Shown: positions 1 through 59,788, counted from the first letter of the stretch. The stretch: 64,000 nt of DNA from Camelus ferus (GCF_009834535.1 NC_045697.1:1800001-1864000); one strand, 5' to 3'. Notes: generated by a model not told the origin, from the letters alone. Numbers and translations: made by a program.

Positions 1-1378
1 GAAGAAAGTTACAGAACTGCTCCCTGTCTCAGTTTCCTCATGTGCAAGATGGGGATAGTACTTGTCCCCTCGAAAGCCTGACTGTGAGGTTTAAATGTAA
101 AATTCTTAACACAATGCCTGTCCCATTTTACGGGATCAATCTATTAACTACTGTTGTTTTACAAAGTACATTAGAAATGAGGAAACTGAGGCACAGTGTG
201 ACGTGACGGTGCTGGGAGTGGCACCAGCAGTCTCAACACAAAGCCTAATCTCACTGCACACGAAGGGCTGCCCCAAAGTGCTCCCACCGCTCCCTGCACA
301 AAAGGGAAGGCCGCAGCCTACCCTGCCAGCCCGCATGCCCTACATGTGTCAACGCACCCTGTCTTCCCCCAACAGCTCTGGGCTCTCCAACCCCACACCC
401 ACCAACTCCGTCCACCACGGGGCAACGTGCCTCCGTCCCCGTGTGAGAACACCCTGCTCACCCTTCCGCTCAAGTGTGACTCCCTCTGGGGAGACTTTTC
501 CGAGGTTCCTATTACACCTTCTTCCGACTGAGCCCCCGGAGCACTCAGGGTCTACTGCTGATTCTTCCCAATACTTGAGTCTCTACTGTGGGCCAAGCAT
601 TGGGGACTCAGAGGAAGCAGCAACACCTCCTTAAGGCCCTCTGCAGAGAGCAGGGAGGTGGGCCAGTCCGATACATGGGCAGGAGCAACCTGTCCTCTGA
701 GCTGTGGGGTTTGGAAAAGTTATCAGAAGTGGTGACTTGAGCTGGCCCTTGAGCGATGTGTGTGGTAAGACAGGTCTTCCTGGACAAACTGAGTTGCATG
801 AGGCAGAGCAAGGGACCAGACTGAGGGAGTCTAAGGACAAGCTGAGAAGTTTAAGACTAACAGCTAGTACTTAGAGAAAACTGACTTGTGTTTTAAATGG
901 CTATTTTATTTAACTCTTACAACCACCACGAGAAGGAGAATGTGTATTACCGTCCTCACTTCAGGAACGAGAAAACTGAGGCTTCAGTGGTGAAGACAAA
1001 CATGTCTATTCCAGAGCCCCCGCCGTCCCCACTCCCCTCGCCTGCCTGGCGGCGTGCAGTCAGGGACACGTCAGAGTCAACTGCAAATCTGTCTTGTCTG
1101 CTACTACTGCCAGCTCCTTGCAATAAGGATGACATCTGATTCCATTCAAAGATCAGGTGAACTGTACGCTGTGTGACAGAATACAGATCACGCGCCCTTG
1201 AAGGCAGGGCCAAGTCTTAATTCACTCTACCTCTCCACTTCTAGAACTGAGCTTGAACATAAGTGTTCTGCAGAGCACAGTCTTCACAAATGTTCAAACC
1301 CAGTGCAAGCCCCAGCCCTTACCAGTTGTGCGCCCTTAGAAAATTTACTTGTCCTTTCTGTGCCTTAATTTTTTCACC

Positions 1379-1906
1379 AGAGGCAGAAAGCCCCATAAAA
1401 AGACCAGCAGGACCCCCAAGCAGGGCCACTACTCTCTTGCCAGCACCATCTGGTTCCTTGGCCCAGAGGTTCTATCTCACTTTTTGCCTCTAAAACGGCT
1501 TACTTACCCCTAAAATTCTATTGGTTCCCCGAGCTCACTTCTGATTGGTTACTTTCCTTCACTAATGATTGGTCAACTTCCCTAACTTCTGATTGGTCCA
1601 TTTGTAGTACTTCATTTGCATGGAACTCACTCCTGATTGGTTATTTCTCTCATTCCTGATTGGGCTATTTCTACAAAGCTTGTTCCTAGTTGGTCAACTT
1701 CGGTTATACTTTATTTGCATATGATGTTACAAAGTGTAAAACTGGCAACCTATAAAGGCCTGTGTAAACCTACAGACGGGGTCCAGAGCTTGGGAGTGTT
1801 AACTCCTCCGGTACAGCTGGCATAATAAACCTGAGTTCTCCAACTCTCCGAGTGCTGTTTGGTCTCTCGCCTGGATCCAGGTTGCTGGCACAACTGAGCT
1901 GTAACA
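1379..1906 (+). mobile_element. Solo ERV LTR (ERV1-like) in NOP14 intron 1, apparently inserted into a MIR
   Basis: U3-like ATTGG array, TATAAA 1751-1756, AATAAA 1824-1829, terminal TGTAACA, possible 4-bp TSD cacc/catc. The 5' boundary is approximate. Confidence 0.75.
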
Positions 1907-2659
1907 CATCTTTCCATAACACAGCAACCTACTAATACCTCTTCAGAGTAACACTAAATTTTGTCAAACTAACTAATGAGCACATCTTAGAAGCTGCGTA
2001 CAGAATGCCACCTGAACTGAATTTTAAAGTACAGAATGTTCTGGGACCATAAACACAGGTAAGGTGAAAGCTGAGATTTTCCACAAAGGGAGCATTTCAG
2101 TTACCTTGCAAGGAACATGGTTCTCTTCTTTAAACATACAGTGAGCATCCCATGTAATCCCCTCTCCAGTGCAGACAGAGATCTGGGGTCCCTAAACCAG
2201 CAGAGCTCTGTCTCAAAAGAGGACAGGTTACAAGAGGTAGGTACAGGGCCACGGCATCAGGAAGTGATGATCTCTACCTGAGGGAGCTGGAAAAGGAGCC
2301 GAAGGAAACACACGTGTGCTGGGTCTCCAAGGAGGGGCAGGCGTTTTCCAGGGGAACGTCGTCCCAGCCCACGCAAAAGCAGAAGCACGAAAGTAAAAAT
2401 TGTTGAACTGACACATGATACACACGACGTGCGACGTCTAACTGGGCCAGGCACTGTCTGGAGGGCTCCAAGCGGCAGCCCTCGGATGCAGGGACTACCA
2501 TCGTCTCAGATTTTCAGACGAGGAAACTGAGACGCAGAGAAGGAAGCGCGCAGCGTGGCCCACATCCCTGCGGTCCGGCCCGCGAGACTGCGCCGCGGGC
2601 GGCCGGGGCCCGGGGGTTAGGGCCGGGCGCCCACCGCGGCCGGACGGCGGCCCGCTTAC

Positions 2660-2854
2660 CTTTTGGAGGGCCCGCGCGCGCGACACCCCGGGCAGCCCCA
2701 CGTCGTGGCGCGTCTTCCTGCCCAGGATCTGGAACTTCTGCCGGTTGACTTTCACCTCGAACGGGTTGGGGTTGGGCCGCGTCCGGCCGCCCCGCGCGCC
2801 CGCCGGGGCCCCAGGGGCTTTCCCGCGCGCCCCGGCGGACCTGGCCTTCCCCAT
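2660..2854 (-). CDS. NOP14: NOP14 nucleolar protein, coding exon 1 (65 codons; rest of gene lies left of the window)
   Basis: Translation MGKARSAG...NPFEVKVNRQKFQILGRKTRHDVGLPGVSRARALQK matches the NOP14 N-terminus. A GTAAG donor follows at 2659, and the exon is head-to-head with GRK4 as in other mammals. Confidence 0.96.
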
Positions 2855-3615
2855 GGTGACAGTCGCCGCACCTCAGGGCTTGGAGCAGGCGGCGGCGGCC
2901 GGAGAGCAGGCTCCCTCGGCAGACACGTGCGGCCCGGGAGCCTGGAGTACGGGCCCCAGTCTCGCGAGGACGGAGGCGGTAGGAACGTCGGGTAAATACC
3001 GCCACGCCCGCCGTCTGAGCGACTACAACTCCCGGCAGGCTGCGCGCGCGGGGCCTTGTGGGAGCCCGCGCGGCACCGCCCCCGTCTCAGGGCGCCGGGA
3101 GGGGAGCGCTCGGGCTCCCTCTTCTGGGAAGCCGTTGGTCGGAGCCCGCCGCTGAGAGAGCTGGTGGCGGCGGCGGCCGCAGCGCGCCTGCCAGCGAGCC
3201 CCTCCCCGGGCGATGGGGCCGACATCCTGGGCCACGGCGCGGCCGCGGTGACCGCGGGGACTGGAGGCGGCCGGGCCACCAGCGCCCCCCGGCCCGCCCG
3301 CTCCCCGGCTGGAGCCCCGGACCCCAAGGACGGGGCGTCCCCGGGCCAGAGCCGGCAGCGCCAGAGGCAGCGGCGGCGTCGGAGGCGGCGGCGCGGCTGG
3401 TGGCCGTGGCGGCGGCGGCAGAAGCGGGAGGAGGTGGGGCGGCGCCAGGGCAGCTCCCCGGGACCCAGTGCGGAGCCCCCCGCCGCGTCCGGCGAGCGAT
3501 GGGCAGAGCCGGCTCCCCCCGCCTCTCCGCAGCCCCCTGTCCGCGGAGCCGGGTCCCGGCGGCGGCGGCGGGGACGGCGGGGGCGGGGCGGCGGCGGCGG
3601 CGGCGGCATTGGTCT

Positions 3616-50391
<46,776 letters not shown>

Positions 50392-50460
50392 CCGCTCGCC
50401 GCGCAGCGGGACCCTCACCCGGGAACACATGCTCGAGGTCTCATCCCATCTGTGAGCTGC

Positions 50461-50466
50461 AATAAA
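50461..50466 (+). terminator. GRK4 polyadenylation signal
   Basis: AATAAA about 70 nt after the stop codon, followed by T/GT-rich sequence. Confidence 0.8.
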
Positions 50467-51431
50467 CATGTGCGACACATCTTAAAATGTGCCTATGAGT
50501 CTGTAGAGTTTTCTTCATTCATACCTGAATTGTCTTGTCACTAAAGCTAGGCGGAAGAAAGGCTGTTTGAGGACCACTGTGACGCTCAGAAACCCCCTGG
50601 ATGGACACCTCTGGGCTGGGGCTGGAGCTCCACGTGCGGCTGCAGAGAGGTGGGGGTGGGCGGGGGCATCAGTCCGGAGGTCCTGCTTCTTGCCCCTGGT
50701 GTCCCCCTGGGCTACTCCGGGGGGGGGGGACAGGTCGGCGTCCCTTTAACTGGCCCTGGGTTAGAAGGTGTTGGCCCAGTAACATTCCTGTTGGTAGCTC
50801 CCCGCCCTCTTACCAAGATTCTGCCTGACTGCAGCGCGTCTCCTGGTCCTCCTGTCCACCTGTGGAAGGAGGGTGTTTCCAGGACCCTGAGGTCAGGGCC
50901 GGGCTGGCGGGGCTCCTTACCCTCACTCTGGAGTGTGTGGGAAGGGCTTCTACAACAGCGGCCCCATAGACAGAGGGCAGCCTGACGCCAGCACAAGCTT
51001 TCTACCTAAAGGGTCTGACAGAATCTAGTCTGGGCCAGAGCTGCCCAATAACACATACACATCATGGGTGTAATTTGTTTTAGAGTAAAAAGAAACTGCT
51101 TTTGATAATTCTTTCTTTAACCCCATATAACCCCACGTTATTTTTACATGTAATCAGCATAAGCATAATAAGACATTTTACCCTCTCTGTTTTGTACTCC
51201 ATGTTTGAAATCTGGTGTGTATTCACAGCACAGCTCAGTTCAGACTCATTACATCTCAGGTGCTCAGCAGCCACGTGTGGCCGGTGGCCCCGCAGCCCCA
51301 CACCTACCTTCCAGGTTACAGAAAATACAAGGGGTACAGGAACAAGCTGAATTATACCCTGAGGAGGCAATCAAGCCCACAGTGAGGGTGCTCCACAGGC
51401 ACTGGCCTGGGCTCCTCAGAAGGTCAGGGTC

Positions 51432-51518
51432 GGGGGGAGAGTACATTTCAGGGGTAGAGCGCATGCCTGGCACCATAAGGCCTTGGGCTCAATCCCCAGC
51501 ACCGCCACTGAAAAAAAA
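51432..51518 (+). mobile_element. Short tRNA-derived SINE (tRNA head plus A tail only)
   Basis: TCAGGGGTAGAGCGCATGCCTGG...GCTCAATCCCCAGCACC, A8 tail, imperfect TSD agaaggtcagggtc/aggaagtcagggcc. Confidence 0.8.
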
Positions 51519-53199
51519 GGAAGTCAGGGCCATTTAAAAACCACTGGCAGCAACGACAACCACACAGGGGGCTGCACGTTAAAAAGACACAGCCACCAGG
51601 TGCAGGCCACGAGACGCAACCTATCCTTGTTTGCAAAGCTTAGAGAACGCATTTGGGTCACTCGGGTGTCTGACTCGGGGCTGGATTTTAGGCGGCGCTG
51701 GCCGGCTAGGTGTAAGTGGCACTGTGGCTCTCGGTCTGGAGACACCTGCTGCAGTATCGAGGGGTGGAGCGTGGTGGGGTCTCCAGCCTGCTTCCAAACG
51801 ACGGGGGCGGCGTCTACATGCAGAGAAGCAAGTGTGATGAGGTGTTAGGAGCTGCCGAGTCTAGAGGAAGGTATACTGGGCAGTCACTGGACTATTTTTT
51901 TTTAGCTTTTTGTACATACAGGAGTGCACCCAGTGTGCTGCAAGGAGAATGGAGTTGAGGTGGCAGGAAGTAGGGAGCCAGTCAGGAGCCAACAGTGGCT
52001 CAGGCAGGCGGGACGCATGGACGCAGAAGGGGTGGGCAGGTTTGTGCTGCGATCTGGGTGTGGGAGCAGCATGCATTCTAGCACAGCCTCATCCGCCAGG
52101 CTGTGAGTGTGCTATTTACACTACTCCCTGCACCCGCACACAGTTTAAGAGCCCATAGGTGGTGTATGAATTTAACTGAACCAGTTTAAATACTAGCCTG
52201 TATTTAAAGTAAAAACTTAAGGGTAGAAGCTAACCAAAAGGAAAAGTGCTTCATTTTTATTATATTGATATTTTATTTCCCATTCACAGGTCTAGCATGG
52301 GTTGATAATGTAAACCTTGTTTCCTTCTGAAAAAGTAATGAGGACACTGGCAGTGGAACTGAAACCATCTTGACAACAACAAAAGAAATAAACAAAACCC
52401 AGAGAGACCCAAAGCAGCTTTTAGAGATGAATGTGTGTTTGTTATCTTGGCTGTGGCGATGGTTCCACAGGTGTTGCATCTGCCCAAACTCATCAAATTG
52501 TATACATTCGTTAAATGTGCGCAGTTTTTTGTATGTCATACTTCAAGAGAGCTGTTTTAAAAAAAAACCTGAAATCATGGGACAATTCGATTTGAAAGTT
52601 ATAACGTTGTACAAGAGAAGGTGGCCACACCTGGGGACAGAGCAGACAGCAGTCAGCACGACAGAGCTCCAAACTAAGTCACCACCAGATCCGTGCTGCA
52701 CCCCTACTGTGTGAGGAAGGCAGGCCCCGGCCTTGTGCAGGAGCTGCCGGTGGAGGTCCCGCGACCCTCTGGGAGAGCAGGCACAGGGAGAGGGGGGCTC
52801 TGTGCTGTTGTGGGTACAGCTGTGTGGTTGAGGAGGCGTCGGGATGGGGAGCCCATCATGCAAAAAGCATCTGTCACGTAAAAATGGGATCCTTGTGTCT
52901 TCTCGCTCATTATGAATGTTGCCTTGAAAGCTGTTGAAGACAGGGGTAAGGACAGGACTCCAGGACACCCTCAGGGAGCCCCTACCCACGAACGCTGGCC
53001 GTTCATTTGGTACAGCTGCCCGATTACTGACCAGCTCGACTCCAACTGACTGGATACAGGTCTCCCCTTTTCCCTTGAGAGATGTCAAAATGCATCATGG
53101 CAAGGAAGTGGGCTGCAGCTGGGGGGTTGCATATATGTGGTCATAATGTGAAATAATTCAGTACAAGGAGGCCTGTACACATTGTACAACAGAGCGAGT

Positions 53200-56100
53200 G
53201 GTCTCAACTCACCAACGGAAGGGAAAGGGTTTTCAGATCAGGGCACAGGGCAAAACCCAATTCTGAGCTGTTTCCAAGAGACACTCTTAAACAGAGAGTG
53301 AGGAAGGTTAAAATTTACCACTGAGAATGTGTATCAGGAAAATGCAAACAAAAATAAAGCAGCAGTCACAATCAGTGTCAGGCAAGGAAGAGTCCAGGCC
53401 AAGCAGAAAGGGCGCTTTGTAATGTTGAAGATACAGTTCTTAAACGAGATGAAGTGGTCAGAAATAACTTTGCACCAGTTAGCAGCCATCACTTTCCCAA
53501 AGCAGAGCTGAGGGGTTAATCCAGCTCTCAGTCCCAGATAGATCAGCCCTAAAGGGCACAGTGAGGCGCAACTTAGGAACGTGTGTGCATGTGAACGGAC
53601 AGACGGGTAGATGATACATTTATAGACTGTACGTTCTACACTGGTGATAGAGAATGCGCCTTCTTTCCAGCACCTGTGGAACAGTCATGAAAAGGGATCG
53701 TATATTACGTCACAAAGAAAACCCTAATACAAATTCTGAAAAGATGTAAATACAGTCGAGTATTTGATTACAAACGCAGTGGACCTAAAAATCAGTAACA
53801 AAAGCAGAAACCAAAGAGGCCTTGGCACCGGGAAATTTAACAGCCTCTACTGAAGTCCTCTTGGGCCAAGGAGGACGTATGATGGAAAACTGCAGAGCTT
53901 CTAGAAAACAAAAAGAAGAAGACCTGTATTTCTGGTGTATGGGATCAGCTAAGTAGGGCCCAAGGAGAAAACGCAATGAGTGCCGGAAAATAAAGGCATT
54001 GAGCCTCTAACTCAAAAAGATTGAAGAAAGCATTTAAGAAAAGCAGAAGAAAGAAAGTATTGGGACAAAATAGAAACTCGTGGCTATGAAAGAGAAAAAT
54101 CATAGCTCAAATAATAGACATTTGTTCTTAAAAATCAGTCAGTCAGTCATTCAATCAATCAATCATCAATATCTAACCCAATTAAGGAGGTAAAGGGGGA
54201 AAATACAAATACACCAAAAGATGACAAGGGGCGAAGATCTCGGAGAAATCATTAAAGACACACAGTGCTTGGCACGGCTTTCTGAAAAGAGACATAAAAC
54301 CTGGATGAAGTGCACTTCTAGGAAAACATAATTTACCAAAGTCAGCCACAGGTGGCCTAGAAAATCTAGACAGACTGACTTCAAGAGAAGAGAGAAAGTT
54401 GCCAAAGAGCTACCCTTCACAACAGCACCAGGCTCAGATGATTTGACAGGGAATGTGAGCCAACTTCGGGGGGAGAGATAATTTCACATGGGATTTAAGT
54501 GTTCCAGAGCATAGAAAAAGAAGAAAACTTCTCAACCCTTTTTTATAAAACAGGTATAAATTGACACCAAAATCTTACCAAGACCTTATGTGAAAACTGT
54601 ATACCAGTCTCTTCTATGAACGTTAATGCAAAAGCCTTTAATAAAATACTATCAAACAGAATCCAACCACACATTAAAAAATACTACATCAAAATAATGG
54701 GTTTATTTTAATAATGCATGAATGTTTCAATATCAGGAAATCCAGTTACATAATAAATCACATTAAAAAGTCCAAAGGAAAAATAAAAGATCATTTTCAT
54801 AAAGGCATTTGACCAAATTCAACTCTTTTTTTTATATATAAACAGTAAAATACAGTTGACCCTTGAACAACACAGGGTTTGAGGTCCACACAGTTGAAAA
54901 TTGGCACATGCCCGTGTGCAAATATGGAGGTTGGCTCCCCGTATCCATGGTTCCGCATCCGTGGGTTCACCCAACCACGTATTGTGTAGTACTGCGGTAT
55001 TGGAAAAAAATCCACATGTAAGTGGACCTGTGCAGTTCAAACCGCGTTGTCCAAGGGCAAACTGTAAATCAATCTATACTTCTACAGCATGGATAAAATA
55101 CATTTATCAGCCAGGAAGGCAGCATCTTTGCCTGATGAGGGTTTACCCTGGAGGCATTCATGTTAAGATCAGGAATAAAAGAAGGTGACTGCTCTCAAGA
55201 GCATCGTACTTAGTATTTATGGGAGGAACTTCCCTGCACAGCAGGGATGGGCCAGAGAACGTAGATCTACCCCCTTGATGAAAATAAATAACAAGGCTAG
55301 ACAAATAGGAACATCAAGAAAGTCAGCAAGTTTCAGGGCTGAAAGCCGGCAGAGGGTGGGAACCTGGAGAAATGAGCCAAACACTGGGGCTGCTCCTGCT
55401 TTGGGGGGCTCGGGGGGCCCTGAGACAGCTGAGAGGCTGAGCTAAGCTTGGGGCTGGGGGGAAAAATCACGCCCGGGACATGCCAGGATTAGGGTCCCAG
55501 CCAGTTCACACTGCACTTTGGGGTTCAGCCCACCCAAGAATAAGGCTGGCTTAGAAATAAACCAGCTCTCTAAAATGGGTGGCCCAAGCATTGCAAACAA
55601 AAGTCTTGCCTGGAGGAAGAAAATACCTTAAGCTTTAAATTACTTCTATAATAATTTTCAAATGCAATGCCCGGCATGTAATTAAAGATAAACAAGCACT
55701 CGAGATGAGGCTCGTGAATTGAGAACCAGTGGAAACCGCAAGCACGCAGAGCACTCCCTCCCCTCGGAGGTAATGAAGATACACGAGATTGGGAGCAAAC
55801 AGCTATGCTTGCTGGGCTCAAGGGGAGGACGTGCGGGCTGGAACACTTCAGCAGGAAAACGAACTATGACAAGTGACATAGCAGACTTTAGAAAGCGTTA
55901 GATATAAATTCCAGTACTGGAAACTACAGAAGTCCAGAACTGGATGGTCAACAGACAGAGTCTAACAACAGAACAGAAGCAGCTAGAAAGAGAAGTAATA
56001 TGGTAAGTCAGATGAAACTACCCAGAACGAAGCAATGAGAGGAAGAAAGAAAGAAAACAGAACACGGTGAGAGCACCAGGGAGAGGGAAGGAAACGGGAC

Positions 56101-57080
56101 GGAAGCAGTATTTTGAGACAACGACTAAGAAGTTTCCAAAACATGAAAGCCATCAATCCACACATTCAGAACCCAACTAATGCCAAGCAGATTAAAAGAA
56201 ACCCTACTGTTAAACCAAGCCAGGATAGTTGACAAACACCATAAACAGCACGTGGCGCAGGTATAAACTGGAGCCAGTGGGGGAACTCAGAGGCAGAAGT
56301 TCATCAGAAGCAGCACCCCGTGGGAGCTGTGGGAGCTACAGGCCCAGACGGCCGCACCGCAGGTAGTGCCCCGGGAGAGCGACCTTGCCCCCAGTCAGTC
56401 TGCGGATTTATAGGGAAATGGGAAGGGAACAGGGAGCTCTTGGCCAACTGTGCAGCCATGGCAGGTTTCAGGCTGTGTGGAATGGCCTTGCTGGAGAAAA
56501 GAGCATTCTGTTCCCAGACATCTTGCACCAGCGGAACTTGCATCCTGAGCTTCCTGAACTGGCCTTGGCCATCCTTTCCCGCTGAGCAGCTGACGGCCAG
56601 ATGGCTCAACAGGCCCCAGGGGCGTCCTGTGACAAGCGCTTGTCTGTCCTTACACACCCAGACACAGCACGGGAAACTACAGAGAGCCAAAGGCAGAGGG
56701 AAGAATCTTAACAACAGCCAGAGAGAAAAAGATACTTACCTTCAAAGGGGCAACCGTTAAGTCAACAACTGACTTCTCCACAGCAAGTATGGAAAGCACA
56801 AGACTGTGATGTCCAAAGCTTTAATCTGCTGACTGAAAATAACCTGCCAACGTGGATTCTACACCCAACCGAAAGTCCATTAAGAATGAAGGTGAAATAA
56901 AGACATTTTCAGATAAACTGAAACAGAGATTTCAGTAATGGAAGATCCACTCTAAGAGAAATTCGAAAGAGTGTTTTCTGGGTGGAAGAAAATGACCCTT
57001 GATGGAAGGAAGAGCAGAGATGCAGGAATGAGTGAAGAGTAGTAAGAATAGTACATATGGAGTCAACCTAAACAGAAGCT
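53200..57080 (+). mobile_element. Highly degenerate LINE-1 fragments
   Basis: A-rich tract with L1-like segments, e.g. CACCAGGCTCAGATGATTT and GAATGAAGGTGAAATAAAGACATTTTCAGATAAAC. Boundaries approximate. Confidence 0.65.
54853..55064. mobile_element. Tigger2-derived MITE inserted in an old L1
   Basis: TIRs CAGTTGACCCTTGAACAAC ... GTTGTCCAAGGGCAAACTG flanked by TA target duplications. Confidence 0.85.
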
Positions 57081-58564
57081 GACTGTTCAAAACAAGTTAC
57101 TGCGTCTGTGTCTTTTGCACTGTGTGTGTGTATTTGTGCAGAATTAAAGTACGTGGGAGGAGCCCTCTGGGGACCAGCGAGGGGCCCACCAGAGTGCCCT
57201 CAGGAGCTGCCAGCCCATTCATCTTGCTCCTTGTGCTCATGTTTCCTTTTCCCGGCCCAGGGCCGCAGCCCCCGCGAACTCCCACCCGGCTTGGGGTTCA
57301 GGGCGGGTGCCAGCCCCCCAGCGGGAGAGCACCGCATTTGTGGGGGTGGGGGTGGGGACCGCTTTAAGTGCCTCCCTCTTTTCCTGGGCAGAATCAGTCC
57401 CAAGCGTGCTGCTAGACTTTGATGTTTCATTTCTCCACCCAAACTTGTTACATTTTTTTCCCCCTGAATAGTACAAGTTCGTTGCTGAAGATTTGAAAAC
57501 CACAGAGAAGCACACAGATTAAGATATAAAATTCCTGTAACTGCCCTGCCCAAGAGTCACTGCTATAGACTTGATGATCAGATCTCTTTCTATGTGTCAT
57601 TTTTCTCTCAAAAGAGGGGGGAATCATGCTACAGAGCAGTGTAACCTACTAATGCGTTGCACACTTTTTCTGTGCCATGAATGCTCTTCTAAAACAGGAT
57701 TTGAAAAACTGCATGTGGATATACCATGGTTCATTTAGCCAGTCTCCTGTCCAGCATGTATGCTGCTGTATGAATGACCATCCTGACACATAGATGATTG
57801 TTTTCTGAGGGTAAATTACCGGGAGTATATTTGCTGTTCGGGGACTACGTCTGTTTTAAGGCTTTGGAGACAAAAGATCAAATTGCTTTCCTAGCTGTGT
57901 GATGTTTGATGACTCTAGGACTATGCCAAACTTTTCTCTTAACTTAAAAAATCTGCCTTCTTGACAGTCCCTTTCACTTAGGCTTTGTTACAACATCTCC
58001 TGTCAGGATTATAGTAATCTCCAGGCAGATGACTTTCGTCCTGCCACAGCCCTAGCAGCCTGATCTGTTGTGGCCACATAGGGTCTCAACGACTCATGCT
58101 CTCTGAACTGGTTAGAGTTTGGTTGAGGAGCATGTAAGCAGAATAATCCAAAGTAAAAGTGGCTCAAACAAAATGGAATTATACTTCTCTCTCATAGATT
58201 TTCATCTGTGAGAAGACCAGAGGTGGGCTGGCCAGGTGAGAACGGCAGCCCCATCATCCTGGGGCGTGGCTTTCATCCTCATGATCCAAAATGACTGCCC
58301 AAGTGCCAGCCAGTATATCCCCATTCCAGGCAGCAGGGAGACAGGTATAGTCCTTCCCTTTAAGGAGACTTTGTACAACTAACACACATCACTTCTGCTT
58401 ACATCTCGTCAGCCAGGACTTATTTAGTCATATGGTTACAGCCAGCTAAAAGGAAGGAGGGAAATGCAGTATTTTAACCAAGTGGAAAAGTGTGCAGATA
58501 AAAGCTGAGGTCCCATTATTGGACAACGTCAGAGTGGCTATTAGGAGACAACTGTACTACTTAA

Positions 58565-58935
58565 TGTCATGGGCGGAGTTGTGTCCCCTGAAAATTCGTA
58601 TGTTGAGTCCTAACCCCTAGCACCTCGGAACATGACTGTATTTGGAGAGAGGGTCTTTAATGATGTAATTAAGATAAAATGAGGTCAGGAGGGTGGGCCC
58701 TAATCCAATATGACCTTAGAAGATAATTAGGACACAGACATCCACAGAAGACCATATGAGGACACAGGAGAAGATGGCCTTCTAGAAGCCAAGGAGTGAG
58801 GCCTCAGAGGGAACCAGTCTGTCCACACCTTGCTCTCGGACTTCCAGTCTCCAGGACTGCGAGAAGGTAAGTCCCTGCTGTCTGAGCCTCGCAGTCTGCG
58901 ACACTTGGTTACGGTGGCCCCGGCGAACTGACACA
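58565..58935 (+). mobile_element. MaLR solo LTR (MLT1B/C-like)
   Basis: TG...CA ends, 5-bp TSD cttaa/cttac, GTGGGCCCTAATCCAATATGAC segment. Confidence 0.85.
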
Positions 58936-59330
58936 CTTACCCGTTGCTGTGTAACCAATCGCGTCACAGCCTAACCACCCACGGGATCTCACAGTTGTTG
59001 GGGATCAGGGATCTGGCACAGCTTAATCAGGTCCTTCACTTCCTGGTCTCTCGAAAGCCTGCGTTCAAGTACCAGCTGCCTCTCCCCTGAAGCTCCACTG
59101 GGAGGGTGTCAAGCTCATGTGATATTGGTGGGTTTCAGTTCTCCCAGGGCTGTTGGCCTGAAAGTCTCTGTTTCTCACTGACTGTCAGCCACGTGGGCCT
59201 CTCCAACAGGGCTGCCAGCTTCAAAGAAGCATGCAAAGCAAGCGGGTGCAGAAAGCCAGCAGGACAGAAGGCCCAGTCTCTTCTAACTTAGTCCCAGGGT
59301 GCCACCTTTGTCTACTCAAATGCTTAGGAG

Positions 59331-59788
59331 TGTCAATGAAAATTCAATTAACAATCAAGTTAAGAAGCAAAAAGAGAATTTTATTCAAGCCAAACTGAGG
59401 ATTATAACCCCAGAGACAGGCTCTCAGAAGCTCTGAAAACTGTTCCACCTGTTAGAAGTCCAAGGCACAATCACAAACATTTTTGAGACAAAGGATCGTA
59501 CATAAAAATGACATACTGACATTTTACATAAAGTTCACCAAAGATACATGTGCAAAGAGAGAAGTCGGTCATTACGACCCCCTACAGACTTGGGACAGAA
59601 TGACAACCTTTCAGGAAGTCACATCACCAGCGGCAGAAGAAGGAAAAGAAGTTGACCCTTCTGGTGGAGCGGGTACTCCCACGCAACGTGACGCCTCATT
59701 AGGGAGGGATGGAGGAGACCCAAATGACAGAAAGTTTTATGTTTACATTTCCGTGTCCTGCTTTAAAAGATAAATTTTACTTCCACCA
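59331..59788 (-). mobile_element. ERV solo LTR upstream of HTT, opposite orientation
   Basis: On the minus strand it begins TG and ends TTGACA, with AATAAA (plus-strand TTTATT 59380-59385) about 50 nt before the end. It interrupts an older MLT1-like element. No clear TSD. Confidence 0.65.

Noticed and set aside
1520..1700. CRISPR-like or satellite array (24-bp period)
   Set aside because: These are short degenerate units inside an LTR U3 region in a mammalian genome, with no repeat-spacer structure.
3499..3519. N-myristoylation signal in the putative GRK4 extension (MGRAGSP)
   Set aside because: It has Gly2 and Ser6, but Arg3 and Pro7 are disfavoured by the N-myristoyltransferase consensus.
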